Below the pieces are notes generated by a model, which saw only the letters and a list, made by a program, of their open reading frames with translations, was not told the DNA's origin and did not search any database. Position numbers and translations under genes: made by a program. 64,000 nucleotides of DNA from Candidatus Latescibacterota bacterium (lineage in GTDB: Bacteria > Latescibacterota > UBA2968 > UBA8231): assembly GCA_965243025.1 (NCBI GenBank), contig CBDETY010000003.1, positions 704,001 to 768,000 on the forward strand, written 5' to 3'. Positions 37,776 through 47,608 of this stretch are shown in pieces; the first letter of the stretch is position 1; the number at the start of each line of letters is the position of its first letter.

Positions 37776-39464
37776 ATGTCCGCTGATCTTCCCAGCCGTC
37801 CCAGTCTGTCGAGCCTGCGAAGGGAGGCGAAATCCCTTCTCGAAGAGGTCCGCCGAAACCAGCCCGGGGCGCTGGCCCTGGTCCGGGAACACCATCCGGA
37901 CCCGGAGGATTTCGCCAGCGACCGGGACGCCCTGCTGGTGGTCGCCGGGAAGTACGGGTATCCAGGCTGGAGGGAGTTGCAGCGGACCTTCGAGGAGGAG
38001 GCAGGGGCCGGTGGGACCCTCGAGGAACGGGCAGACCTGTTCGCCGAGCTCGCCTGCCTGTCCTACCGCGGCGACGACCACGTCAGCCGCCGCGAGCGCG
38101 CCGCCCGAATGCTGGCCGAAACTCCCGGAATCTCCACGGCGAGCCCCTGGGCCGCCGCGGCTTCCTTCGATGTCGAGGCCCTGGGGCAGCTGACACGGGA
38201 TGCCGAAAGCGCCGCGGCCCCCGGCGGGCCCCGCGACTGGCCGCCGCTCCTCTACCTCTGCTACAGCCGGGTGCCGGAGGAAAAGCCCCGGCGCGACGCC
38301 GTGGCCGCCGCGGAGCTGCTGCTGGCAGCCGGCGCCACCGGCGACACCAGCGTCGGGCCGGAGGAGCGGGGCGGCTGGGGCTGGTCGGCCCTGACCGGGG
38401 TCCTGGGGGAAGGGGAGCACGGCCTGCTGCAGCAGCCGCCCCACCCGCGGGCCCGGGAACTCGCGGGGATCCTGCTCGACGCCGGGGCCGACCCGAACGA
38501 CTCCCAGGGGCTCTACAACACGATGTTCACCCCGGACAATAACTGGCTGGAGCTGCTCCTGGCGCGCGGGCTGGACGCCGGCGCGGTGGTCTATCCCGGA
38601 CACGAGCCGCCCCTGAGGACCCTCGACTACCAGCTGTCCCAGGCGGTCAGGAGGGGACTCTCCGAACGGGTGGCCCTGCTGCTGGAGCGCGGCGCCGACG
38701 CGGCCGCCCCCGACCTCTACAACGGCCGCTCGAACTACGAGAACGCCGTTCTCGGGGGCTTTCCGGAGATCGCCGAAATGCTGGCCGGTCACGGCGTCGA
38801 GGTCGTCGAGCTGTCCCTGGAGGACCGCTTCACCGCGGCGGCGATGAGCGGCGACGAAAGCAGGGCGAGGCAGCTGTTCGCAGAAGCTCCCGCCATGATC
38901 GAGAACCCGGAGCTGCTCCTGGAAGCGGCGGCCAATGCCGCGGCGACGCGCCTGCTCCTCGACCTCGGCGCCGACCCCGACGCCCCCAACGAGAACGGCC
39001 GCGTCCCCCTGCACTGGGCGGCATGGGAGAACTGCGGCGAGGTCGTCCGCCTGCTGCTGGCCCGCGGAGCGAGCTGCGAGATCCGGGAAAGGGACCACGA
39101 CGCCACCCCGGTCGGTTTCGCCAACCACGCCGGCCACTTCGAGCTTCGCGACCTGCTGCTCGATCACAGCAGGGACGTGTTCGACCTCGCTGCCTGGGGC
39201 AGGGTGGAGCAGCTGCGCGAGGTGCTGAAATCGGACCCGGCCCTGGCGAATGCCCGCCTGGCCGGGGGGCACACCCCGGTTCACGGGGTGGCGGCAGGTC
39301 CTGAAGGGGAACAGGTCCTCGACCTGCTGCTCGCCCACGGGGCCGACATCGACGCCCCCGCAGCCGACGGGGCGACCCCGCTCTCCGCGGCAGTCGAACG
39401 CGGCGACGAGGAGCTGGCGGCCCTTCTGAAAGCGCGCGGAGCCCGGGAAACCGGGGGCGGCTAG
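37776..39464 (+). CDS. Ankyrin repeat protein
   Basis: N-terminal LP.RPSL..LRREAK.LL..A..YG..W domain, then ankyrin repeats (LL..GADP, PLHWAA, TPL.AA). Confidence 0.9.
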   Translation: MSADLPSRPSLSSLRREAKSLLEEVRRNQPGALALVREHHPDPEDFASDRDALLVVAGKYGYPGWRELQRTFEEEAGAGGTLEERADLFAELACLSYRGDDHVSRRERAARMLAETPGISTASPWAAAASFDVEALGQLTRDAESAAAPGGPRDWPPLLYLCYSRVPEEKPRRDAVAAAELLLAAGATGDTSVGPEERGGWGWSALTGVLGEGEHGLLQQPPHPRARELAGILLDAGADPNDSQGLYNTMFTPDNNWLELLLARGLDAGAVVYPGHEPPLRTLDYQLSQAVRRGLSERVALLLERGADAAAPDLYNGRSNYENAVLGGFPEIAEMLAGHGVEVVELSLEDRFTAAAMSGDESRARQLFAEAPAMIENPELLLEAAANAAATRLLLDLGADPDAPNENGRVPLHWAAWENCGEVVRLLLARGASCEIRERDHDATPVGFANHAGHFELRDLLLDHSRDVFDLAAWGRVEQLREVLKSDPALANARLAGGHTPVHGVAAGPEGEQVLDLLLAHGADIDAPAADGATPLSAAVERGDEELAALLKARGARETGGG

Positions 39465-39760
39465 GAAATCCCGGGGCCCCGGATTCGTACTGGAAGATCA
39501 CCGGCTGGCCCCCGCGCCGGGGATTCAAGCCGATTGCCAAGCCCCCGGGAGCGGACCCGGGCGGCACCGCTGCCCCGGTGTCGCTGGCGCCCCTGAAGCC
39601 CCGGAGATCGGCTGAGGCCCCCGGCCATCCGGGTGGTCCCGCCTTCCTGAAACAGACTGTCCGCGCCTTGTTCCAGCTGTCCGGTTTGCCTATTTCCTTT
39701 TCCGGAACGGCCGCCGCCCGCGGCAGGCCGGCCTACCAAGGCGACACGCGGAGAACGACC

Positions 39761-40636
39761 ATGGCAAAACGCGACCTGAACTTCGATCCCGAAGAGGGGA
39801 TCGACTTCATGAACATCGACGAGACCGACTACGGCGCGATGACCCTGGGGGAGAAGATGCGCCGCCTCGAAGTCGAGGGGTACGTCGTCCTTCCCGGCGT
39901 CCTCGACCCCGACCACATGGACCGCATCAAGGAGGAGATGGCGGACGCGCCGATGGGGACCAAGGACTACAGCGACTGCCAGACCTACCACCGCGAGCCG
40001 CAGTGGTACAGCCCGGCGCTGGCCGAGGTGATCGCCAACCCGCCGGTGGTCGAGTTCCTCGAGGCCCTGTGCGGCGAGGAGATCGTCTTCACCCGCGGGC
40101 TGTTCACGCGCACCCTGTCCGGGTCTCCCCCGATCTCGCTGCACACCGACGGGCAGCCGTTCGGCTCCTCGATCTTCGGGTACGAGGGCAGCTCGCCGAA
40201 GCTGCTGCGGGTGCTCTTCTACCTCGACGACCTCACCCCGGAGCGCGCCCCCCTGCGGGTGCTGCCGCGCTCCCACCTCTCCTTTCACGCCGACGCCAAC
40301 CCGTACGTGCGCTACAAGTCGCACCCGGGGGAGGTGACCATCTGCGCGAAGGCGGGGACCGCGGTCGTTTTCCCGGTCAACATCTTTCACGGCACCCACC
40401 CCAACATGTCCGACTCCTTGCGCACCCTGGTGCAGCTCGGGTACCGCCCGGCATGGGCAGGCCCGATTCAGCCGATGGAGGAGTGGGACCCCGAGCTCGT
40501 CGCCGCGGCCCCGGCGGTTGCCCGGCGCTTCCTGCAGAGCCCCAACACCTCGGGGGTCGACTGGGAGCAGCCGCACAAGCCGGTGGGGATGAAGTCCGAC
40601 GCGCCGGCGATCGCCCCGGAGCGGTGGGAACAGTGA
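39761..40636 (+). CDS. Phytanoyl-CoA dioxygenase (PhyH) family protein
   Basis: EGYVVLPGVL, LHTD, P.SH, FHG..PN..R. Confidence 0.85.
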   Translation: MAKRDLNFDPEEGIDFMNIDETDYGAMTLGEKMRRLEVEGYVVLPGVLDPDHMDRIKEEMADAPMGTKDYSDCQTYHREPQWYSPALAEVIANPPVVEFLEALCGEEIVFTRGLFTRTLSGSPPISLHTDGQPFGSSIFGYEGSSPKLLRVLFYLDDLTPERAPLRVLPRSHLSFHADANPYVRYKSHPGEVTICAKAGTAVVFPVNIFHGTHPNMSDSLRTLVQLGYRPAWAGPIQPMEEWDPELVAAAPAVARRFLQSPNTSGVDWEQPHKPVGMKSDAPAIAPERWEQ

Positions 40637-41685
40637 GCCGCCCCAACCTCCTGGTCGCCTGCAACCGGGGGGTGCGGGAGGGATGCCTAACCACCGCCGA
40701 CGTCGAGCGGCTCGAACGCTTCGCCGACTGGTCCTGGTTCGAGTGCGAGGGGGGAGGCATCGAGACCACCAACGAGGACCCTGCCGCCGCGGACGAGCTG
40801 ATAGCCCGGGTCGGGGACAAGGACGGCCTGATCGTCTGCCACGGCTCCCCGACCGTCGACGACCGCGTCCTCGACGCCGCACCGAAGCTGCGCATCGTCG
40901 GCGAGCTCGAGGGGGACCGCTTCGCCAGCCGCCTCGACCTCGAGGCCCTGTGGCGGCGCGGGGTGCGCACCGTCGACACCAACAACGCCTCTTCCTACCC
41001 GGTGGCGGACTGGGCCCTGGCGCTGATGCTGATCGCGGTCCGCAACGGCAGCTGCCATTACCGCCGCATGATGGCCGGGGAAACCCTGGTCGACGCCGCC
41101 GCCCTCGAGACCGGGGCCGGCACCCTGATCGGCAGGGAGATCGGCCTGATTGGGTGCGGCCACATGGGACGCCGGCTGATCCGGCTGCTGCAGCCGTTCG
41201 AGCCGGCGCGGATCTGGGTGCACGACCCCTACCTGCCGCCCGAGATGGCCGAGGTGGTCGGCTTCGTGCAGACGTCGCTCGAGCACGTCCTCGGCCACTG
41301 CGACGTCATCGTCTGCCTGGCGCCGCTCACCCCGGGGACCCGCCGCATGATCGGGAAAGCGGAGCTCGACCTGATCCGGCCGGGGTGCACCTTCGTCAAC
41401 GTGTCGCGGGGGCCGATCGTCGATCCCCAGGCCCTGATCGAGCGGCTGAAGAGAGGGGACATCACCGCGGGGCTCGACGTCTTCGATCCGGAGCCGGTCC
41501 CGCCCGACAGCGAGATCCTCGAGCTGCCGAACGTGTTCCTGAGCCCGCACATCGGCTGGTACAGCCCCGCGGTAAAGGAGCAGTATTTCACCCTCATGGT
41601 CGACGAGCTCGAGCGCTTCTTCGGCGGCCACGAGACCTGGTTCGACCTGACCCCGCGCTCCCGCGACAACCGCCGGGGAGCCTGA
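40633..41685 (+). CDS. D-isomer-specific 2-hydroxyacid dehydrogenase
   Basis: GTGA overlap start. GCGHMG, FVNVSRG, GLDVFDPEP, SPHIG. Confidence 0.9.
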   Translation: MSRPNLLVACNRGVREGCLTTADVERLERFADWSWFECEGGGIETTNEDPAAADELIARVGDKDGLIVCHGSPTVDDRVLDAAPKLRIVGELEGDRFASRLDLEALWRRGVRTVDTNNASSYPVADWALALMLIAVRNGSCHYRRMMAGETLVDAAALETGAGTLIGREIGLIGCGHMGRRLIRLLQPFEPARIWVHDPYLPPEMAEVVGFVQTSLEHVLGHCDVIVCLAPLTPGTRRMIGKAELDLIRPGCTFVNVSRGPIVDPQALIERLKRGDITAGLDVFDPEPVPPDSEILELPNVFLSPHIGWYSPAVKEQYFTLMVDELERFFGGHETWFDLTPRSRDNRRGA

Positions 41686-41846
41686 GGAAGTGGAAGTTCC
41701 GTTGAAGGCACGCACGGCATCCCTGAGGCTCGGCCATCGGCTGCGGAGGCAAACCGCTGGTGGAACGGTTGCTGAAGGAGGGCGGCCGTGAAGCCCGGCG
41801 GTCGGGGCCGCCAGTTTTACCCCACCGCGGTCCTTGGAGGCCGGAC

Positions 41847-42644
41847 GTGAGGGGCCCGCGGCTTCCGTACCGGTACGACCATTTCACCTGGCCGGAGCTG
41901 CGCGGCCTGGTGCCGCGGCAGCCGGCGGTGGTGCTGCCGGTCGGCTCGACCGAGGACCACGGCCATCACCTGCCGCTCGACGTCGACACCTTCGTCGTCA
42001 GCGAGGTCTGCGAGGCCGCGGCCCGACGCATACCCGACGAAGTTCTGCTTCTGCCGGCCCTGCCCTACGGCTTCGAGGACCACCACATGGACTTCCCCGG
42101 CACCATCACCGTCGGGGACGAGCACCTGCTGCATTTTGTCCTCGACATCACCCGCAGCGTCGCCCACCACGGCTTCCGCAAGATCCTGATCGTCAACGGC
42201 CACGGCTCCAACAGCCCGATCCTCGAGCTGGCGGCGCGGCGCACGGTGATCGAGACCGAGGCGCACTGCGCGCTGCTGATGGGGGGCGCCGCCGAGGTCG
42301 AGAAGGTGCGCGAGTCCGAGGTGCTGTCCCACGCCGACGAGATCGAGACCTCGGTGTACCTGCATCTCAACGCGGAGGCGGTGCAGATGGACAAGGCCGC
42401 CCGCGACGAGAAGATGCCGGTGGGGCGCTACTACTGGCGCGGTTCCCTGAAGGGGAAGGGGGCATCGCCCCTGAAGATGATGGACCACTGGTCGCGGGTC
42501 TCGGACACCGGGGTGATCGGGGACGCGACCCTGGCGACCAGGGAGAAGGGGGAGCTGGTGTTCGAGGCGGCCGCCGCGCAGCTGGCCGAGATCATCCGGG
42601 AGTTCCGCGGCATCCCGATCGCCGACCGCGTCGACCACCACTGA
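41847..42644 (+). CDS. Creatininase (creatinine amidohydrolase) family protein
   Basis: GSTEDHGHHLP.D.D, NGHGSN, HADEIETS, GVIGD..AT.EKG. Confidence 0.9.
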   Translation: MRGPRLPYRYDHFTWPELRGLVPRQPAVVLPVGSTEDHGHHLPLDVDTFVVSEVCEAAARRIPDEVLLLPALPYGFEDHHMDFPGTITVGDEHLLHFVLDITRSVAHHGFRKILIVNGHGSNSPILELAARRTVIETEAHCALLMGGAAEVEKVRESEVLSHADEIETSVYLHLNAEAVQMDKAARDEKMPVGRYYWRGSLKGKGASPLKMMDHWSRVSDTGVIGDATLATREKGELVFEAAAAQLAEIIREFRGIPIADRVDHH

Positions 42645-42649
42645 GACGG

Positions 42650-43474
42650 ATGACGGTTGCTTCACACTGGGAGCCGCTGGAAGCCGGCCTCTCGGAGATT
42701 CTCCAGGCGCACGAGCGCCCCCTGGAGCTGCTTGCCAGCGGCGAGGCTCCCGCCCTGGTGATGCGCCGGGCCTACGATCCGGCGCACTGCGCCGCCCTCG
42801 TCGAGCGCTTCTACGAACGCGGCCTTCTCTTCGACCCCCGTGTGGAAGGGGAAACCGTCCCCCGCGTCGACATCGGGACCAGCCTCGGGCGCCACCGCAA
42901 CGACCGCGAGGGGTTCTTCGCCCATGCCCGGCAGACCCGCGACCTGTTCGCGGCCCTTTTCGAGGGGTACGGCGACCCGGTCGCCCTCATCTACGGCACC
43001 CTGTCGGCGCTCGCTCCCGGCAAGCGGGTCATGGTAGCCCGCGAGCCGGACGGCAGCCTCTACGGCCCGGCGATCTTCCGCACCTACTACGAGGGGGTCG
43101 GCCACACCCCCCACTTCGACTCGGCCCGCAAGCGGTCGAAGCTTTTCGACCTGCAGGTGTCCCGGTTCGAGAAGCAGTTCGCCGCCGTGCTCTGCTTCCA
43201 GAACGCCCTCGAGGACTCAGAGGGCGGCCACGCCTTCCTCTACCGGCGCCAGTGGTCGGAGGAGCTCACCGAAGACCTGTCCCGGTTCCGGGAGTACGCC
43301 GCCGGGCGCGGCATCGAGCGGGTGCGGATCGACCTGCAGCCGGGGGACTTCTACGTCTTCTGCTCCGAGACGATCCACGAGGTGCCGCCGCCGAAAGGGG
43401 ACCGGCCCCGCATCGTCCTGGCAAGCTTCTTCGCGATGTCCCCGGAAGACGACGAGATCTACGTCTGGTCCTGA
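42650..43474 (+). CDS. Putative 2OG-Fe(II) oxygenase
   Basis: Starts MTVASH. HxD (HFD), distal H (IHEV) and R (PRIV) match the facial-triad pattern. Confidence 0.65.
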   Translation: MTVASHWEPLEAGLSEILQAHERPLELLASGEAPALVMRRAYDPAHCAALVERFYERGLLFDPRVEGETVPRVDIGTSLGRHRNDREGFFAHARQTRDLFAALFEGYGDPVALIYGTLSALAPGKRVMVAREPDGSLYGPAIFRTYYEGVGHTPHFDSARKRSKLFDLQVSRFEKQFAAVLCFQNALEDSEGGHAFLYRRQWSEELTEDLSRFREYAAGRGIERVRIDLQPGDFYVFCSETIHEVPPPKGDRPRIVLASFFAMSPEDDEIYVWS

Positions 43475-43641
43475 ATTTCGGCAACGGCCAGGGCCTGCCG
43501 CGGCGGCTCCCGGACTCCGCAGGCAGGATCCGGGCGGAGGCGAGGCATACCCTCACAGGAACGTGCGTTGACCGCCAGATCGCAGGGAAGGCGATTGCGT
43601 TCGGGCGCCGGATTCGGAGAAGAGCCGCCGAACCCCGAGAC

Positions 43642-44574
43642 TCAGTTTCCTTCGGGAAGGGAGGTTCCCCCGGGAGGCATTACCTCCAGGGCGGTCTTGA
43701 TGCGCCCCCAGGAGGCGGGTTCCACCGCGGAGCCGCCCGAGTCGAAAATGCCTGGGCTCCCCCCGGGTCCGAGCAGCACTCCATCCCCGAATTCACCTCC
43801 GAACAGCGCGTACACCGCATTGGCCAGGGTGTCCTCCTCGTCCTTGTCCCAGATGTAGATGTCGAACCCGATGACGCCTTCCTCGGCAAGCCGGGATACG
43901 GTGCTCTCTTCGGGTCCCGAGGCATCGAGCCGGTCGAAGCAGGTGGCGTGGAACTCGACCACCCAGAAAGTGGGGTTCTCGCCGAACACCCCGCCTCCGC
44001 CGGAGGCGAACGGCGGCTTTATCATCCAGTCGCCAGCGGGCTCGTCGACCCCGGTAGTAACCCAGATCATGCCGACCGTCCGCCCGGCAGGCACGCGGGA
44101 AACAGCATCGTAGCGCTGGTAGAAGGTGAACCACGTCCTCAGGTCCCCGGTGTCCTGGATCCCGGCATGATCCCCGTCGACCGCCAGCGAAATGCTGTCG
44201 GATTCGATGAACAGGTCGCTGGGGAGCTGGTATTCGTTGACGTAGGAATCGTCGGCAAACTCCCCGGCGACGTGGATTCTTCCGTCTTCGCTCCACCCGA
44301 GCCAGAGGCGAAAGTCGAGGTTGGAGGGATCGAGCTGATCGTAGGAGGCACCTTCCCGCGGCACCAGGCTGAAATCGAGCAGGGTCAGCGCCGGTTCGCC
44401 CACCTCCACTTCCCAGTCTTCGACGCTGCCGTCGCTCAGGTCGATTCGGGAAAGGCTCTCCTGGGAGAGATGGCTGATCGGAACCAGGCGGTCTCCGGTG
44501 TGCGCGGAGAGGGAGCCTGCCGCGGACGCGAACGCGGCCAGCGTCAGGAGAAGAATCGAAGGTGGATTTCTCAT
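43642..44574 (-). CDS. Secreted protein with CBM9/DOMON-like domain and C-terminal AVE..SWG.IK motif
   Basis: Signal peptide; IDL.DGSVEDW, LWLGW, DSI...DGDH, IGFD...D.D; ends SAVEPASWGRIK. Confidence 0.65.
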   Translation of the reverse strand: MRNPPSILLLTLAAFASAAGSLSAHTGDRLVPISHLSQESLSRIDLSDGSVEDWEVEVGEPALTLLDFSLVPREGASYDQLDPSNLDFRLWLGWSEDGRIHVAGEFADDSYVNEYQLPSDLFIESDSISLAVDGDHAGIQDTGDLRTWFTFYQRYDAVSRVPAGRTVGMIWVTTGVDEPAGDWMIKPPFASGGGGVFGENPTFWVVEFHATCFDRLDASGPEESTVSRLAEEGVIGFDIYIWDKDEEDTLANAVYALFGGEFGDGVLLGPGGSPGIFDSGGSAVEPASWGRIKTALEVMPPGGTSLPEGN

Positions 44575-44635
44575 GGCCCTTCCTCTTGAGAACGGGAATC
44601 CGTTGGGGGACGGTAGCGGCTTTTCGCCGCCGGGC

Positions 44636-45544
44636 TCAGCTGGCGGCGGCGAGTTTTTCCGCCTCGGCGCGGACGTCGACTCCGACCAGTTCGGTCCAGG
44701 CATCGAGCAGCCGGCCGGTGACCTCCCCCGGCCTGCCGTCGCCGATCGCCTGCCTGTCGACGCGGGTGACCGGCAGGATCGACCACGGGGTGCTGGCGAA
44801 GAAGGCCTCGTCCGCGGTGTGGATGTCGTAGGGCTGCAGGTCTTCCTCGCTCGCGGGGATTCCGACCTGCGCGGCGAGGTCGAGCACCGTCTGCCTGGAA
44901 ACCCCGGCGAGGATGGCGCGGTCGTCCGGGGTGCGGAGGACGCCCCCGGAGACGATGAAGACGTTGTACCCCGACCCCTCGGTGAGGTTCCCCGCGTCAT
45001 CGGTCATGACAGGCCAGGCGCCGGGGTCGAGGTCGTTGGCCTCGATTTCCGCCATCGCCATGTTCATGCGGCTCAGGTGTTTGATCTTGGGGTCGAGGGC
45101 GAGGGGATGGTAGCTGCGGGTTTTCGTGACCACCGCGTGCAGGCCCTCCCTGAAGTAGCGGGCGACCCATTCGTTGGCAACCGGCGAATATTTGATATAG
45201 ACGTTCGGCGGCCCGGCCATCCACGCCCGCGTTCCCCCGGATCCCCGGGTCACCAGCTGCGTTATGATGAGATCGGTTCCGGGGGCCCGCTCGAGATTGC
45301 GCCGGACCCCCTCCTCGGTCAGGGCGAGCATGTCCGCCTGCGAAAGCTCGAGGTCGATGCGCACGTACTTGAGCGACTTGTAGAGCCTCTCGACATGCTC
45401 ATCCAGCCGGAACCCCTTGCCGCCGAAGGTCCGCTCGACGTCGAGCACCTGGTCCCCCAGCAGGGTGCCGCGGTCGTTCGGGTCGGGGAGAATCTGGTCC
45501 ATCGGCAGCCATTCCCCGTTCTTGTAGCCCACCAGCTCGGGCAT
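44636..45544 (-). CDS. Class IV PLP aminotransferase (branched-chain/D-amino acid aminotransferase family)
   Basis: DRG...GD, H..RL..S, catalytic K in IKHLS, EGSGYNVF, LAGVSR, ADEAF. Confidence 0.9.
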   Translation of the reverse strand: MPELVGYKNGEWLPMDQILPDPNDRGTLLGDQVLDVERTFGGKGFRLDEHVERLYKSLKYVRIDLELSQADMLALTEEGVRRNLERAPGTDLIITQLVTRGSGGTRAWMAGPPNVYIKYSPVANEWVARYFREGLHAVVTKTRSYHPLALDPKIKHLSRMNMAMAEIEANDLDPGAWPVMTDDAGNLTEGSGYNVFIVSGGVLRTPDDRAILAGVSRQTVLDLAAQVGIPASEEDLQPYDIHTADEAFFASTPWSILPVTRVDRQAIGDGRPGEVTGRLLDAWTELVGVDVRAEAEKLAAAS

Positions 45545-45610
45545 TGCTGATCATCTCCTTGAAAGCGGAAGCTCTTCCTGCGTTCGCGTCCTGAGGTAAA
45601 GGGAAAACCG

Positions 45611-46492
45611 ATGGCACACAAGTACTCCGTAATCCTCTGCACCCTCGCGTCCGGAGGCGGCGACGTCTGGGAGGATCCGCGCGGCGTGCTCGAAGCGGTC
45701 GCCGGGGCCGGCTTCGACGGCGTCGACCTCGATGCGGAGCCGGACCGCATCCCGGCGGCCCGCTTCGACGAGGTCAGGGATATCGCCGCTTCGCTCGGGC
45801 TCGAGGTGCCGGCGTTGATAGGTGCCTGGGCCCTGTGGCACGCCGGCGAGGAGCGGGACCTGGCCTCCCCGGAGGCGGGCGTGCGCCAGCACGGCATCGA
45901 CTACGCCCGCAAGTGCATCGACCTGGCGGCGACCTTCGCGAATCCCCCGACCTTCGAGATCGTCGCCTGTCCCGCGGAGAACGACTACCCGCAGACGAAG
46001 ACCCCGCGCGGGGAGCTGCGGGCCCGATTCGCCGAGTCGGCGCGCGCCATCGCCGGGCACGGGGCCCAAGCCGGGGTTTCCGTCGCCATCGAGCCGATCA
46101 ACCGCTTCGAGGGGTACGCCGGCTTCCTGAACAGCTTGGCGGAGGCAGTCGCCATCGCCGACGACCTGGCCATGGACAACCTCGGAGTGCTCGCGGACTT
46201 CTTTCACGTCAACATCGAGGACAGGGCCCTGACCGACGCCCTGCGGCTCGCCGGCCATCGCCTGATGCACGTTCACCTCGCCGACAGCAACCGGCAGCTT
46301 CCCGGCACCGGCCACATCGACTTCCTGCAGGTGATCCGCACCTTGAACGACATCTCCTTTTCGGGCTACCTCTCCCTCGACTGCGTCCCGGCGCTGCCGG
46401 ACTGGCGGACCCAGGTCCGCGAGGCCCTGCCGTTCATGAAGAGGCTCGAGGAGATGGCGGCGATTCAGGAGAGCATCGAGAACGCGGCCTGA
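45611..46492 (+). CDS. Sugar phosphate isomerase/epimerase (D-psicose/tagatose 3-epimerase-like)
   Basis: EPINRFE, DFFHVNIE, HVHLADSNR..PGTGHIDF. Confidence 0.88.
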   Translation: MAHKYSVILCTLASGGGDVWEDPRGVLEAVAGAGFDGVDLDAEPDRIPAARFDEVRDIAASLGLEVPALIGAWALWHAGEERDLASPEAGVRQHGIDYARKCIDLAATFANPPTFEIVACPAENDYPQTKTPRGELRARFAESARAIAGHGAQAGVSVAIEPINRFEGYAGFLNSLAEAVAIADDLAMDNLGVLADFFHVNIEDRALTDALRLAGHRLMHVHLADSNRQLPGTGHIDFLQVIRTLNDISFSGYLSLDCVPALPDWRTQVREALPFMKRLEEMAAIQESIENAA

Positions 46493-46635
46493 GGCCGCGT
46501 TCCACTGATTACTTGAAACCCCGGCGCCGAGGCGCCCGCTCGTGTGGGCGGGGACAGGACACCATCACCCGGCGTCCGTGAAAAGCCGGATCCACGGGTA
46601 TTTCGCGCGGGCCCGGTTCCCGGATACCCCGCTGA

Positions 46636-47511
46636 TCAGCGGTCCGCGGCGACCACCATCGGGCGGTTCAGCTGGGTCTGGCTCTCGTAGATCGAACCGC
46701 TGCGTCCCGGGCGGATGACTTCCGGCTCGGGCACCGCGGGAACGTCGGTGTGCCGCGGCGCGGCGACCGGCTTTCCCCGGATGATGCAGGCGTCGAAGGC
46801 GGCCATGTCCTGCGGCGGGTTCTTGATGGGCCAGGCGTCGGCGGCGCAGTACTGCAGCAGGTAGAGGCGGCGCGACCGGGTCGCCGAGGAATTGGGGGCC
46901 GAGGCGTGCAGCATGGTGCCGTGGTGGATGGTGATCCCGCCCGCCTTCACCTCCACCGGGACCGCGTTCTCCGCGCCGAAGCCGCTGTCGGTGACCGCCC
47001 CGACGAAGTACTCCTCCTGGTAGTGGTTGTAGATCGGCCCCCGGTGCGATCCGGGGACGACCAGCAGGCAGCCGTTCTCCAGGCTCATGTCGTCGATGGC
47101 CACCCCCACGGCGAGGATGTCCTCGTTGGTGCGCGCGCAGAAGGCGTAGTCCTGGTGCCACTCGACCGGGCTGCCGAACCCGGCCGACTTCATGTTGAGC
47201 TTGCCGCTGAAGTGGCGGATGTCCTGACCGACCAGCTGCGCGACCTTGTCGAGGATGCGGCTGTCGCGGAAGATGCGGTCGTACGCCGGGTGCAGCTGCT
47301 CGGGATGCTTGAGCCGCCGCAGGCGCGGGGCCGCGGCGCTGTGCCCGGGCTCGAGGTCGAAGTCCTCGTCGTTCTCCGTCACCTGCCGGGAGCGCTCGAC
47401 GAACTCGTCGGTCAACCGCCTGAGCTCCTCGATCTCGGTGTCGGAGAAAACCCCTTCCACGCTGATGTAGCCGCGGGCGTGGTAGGCTTCGACCTGTTCC
47501 TGTGTCAGCAT
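46636..47511 (-). CDS. Phytanoyl-CoA dioxygenase (PhyH) family protein
   Basis: LTQEQVEAYHARGY, WHQD, NGCLLVVPGSH, H.SAPN..R. Confidence 0.9.
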   Translation of the reverse strand: MLTQEQVEAYHARGYISVEGVFSDTEIEELRRLTDEFVERSRQVTENDEDFDLEPGHSAAAPRLRRLKHPEQLHPAYDRIFRDSRILDKVAQLVGQDIRHFSGKLNMKSAGFGSPVEWHQDYAFCARTNEDILAVGVAIDDMSLENGCLLVVPGSHRGPIYNHYQEEYFVGAVTDSGFGAENAVPVEVKAGGITIHHGTMLHASAPNSSATRSRRLYLLQYCAADAWPIKNPPQDMAAFDACIIRGKPVAAPRHTDVPAVPEPEVIRPGRSGSIYESQTQLNRPMVVAADR

Positions 47512-47608
47512 GGGTGCTCCTTTTTCCGAAGGGCTGGAGGGTTGGCGCAATCCCAACAATACGGCGCCTCGCGGTGGAAAAACAGCCGGCGCCAAATGCG
47601 CGGAGGAA

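Noticed and set aside
39492-39590. tRNA-Sec (begins GGAAGATC, contains TTCAA)
   Set aside because: No T-loop GTTCGA, no matching acceptor stem and no proper anticodon stem. The resemblance is superficial.
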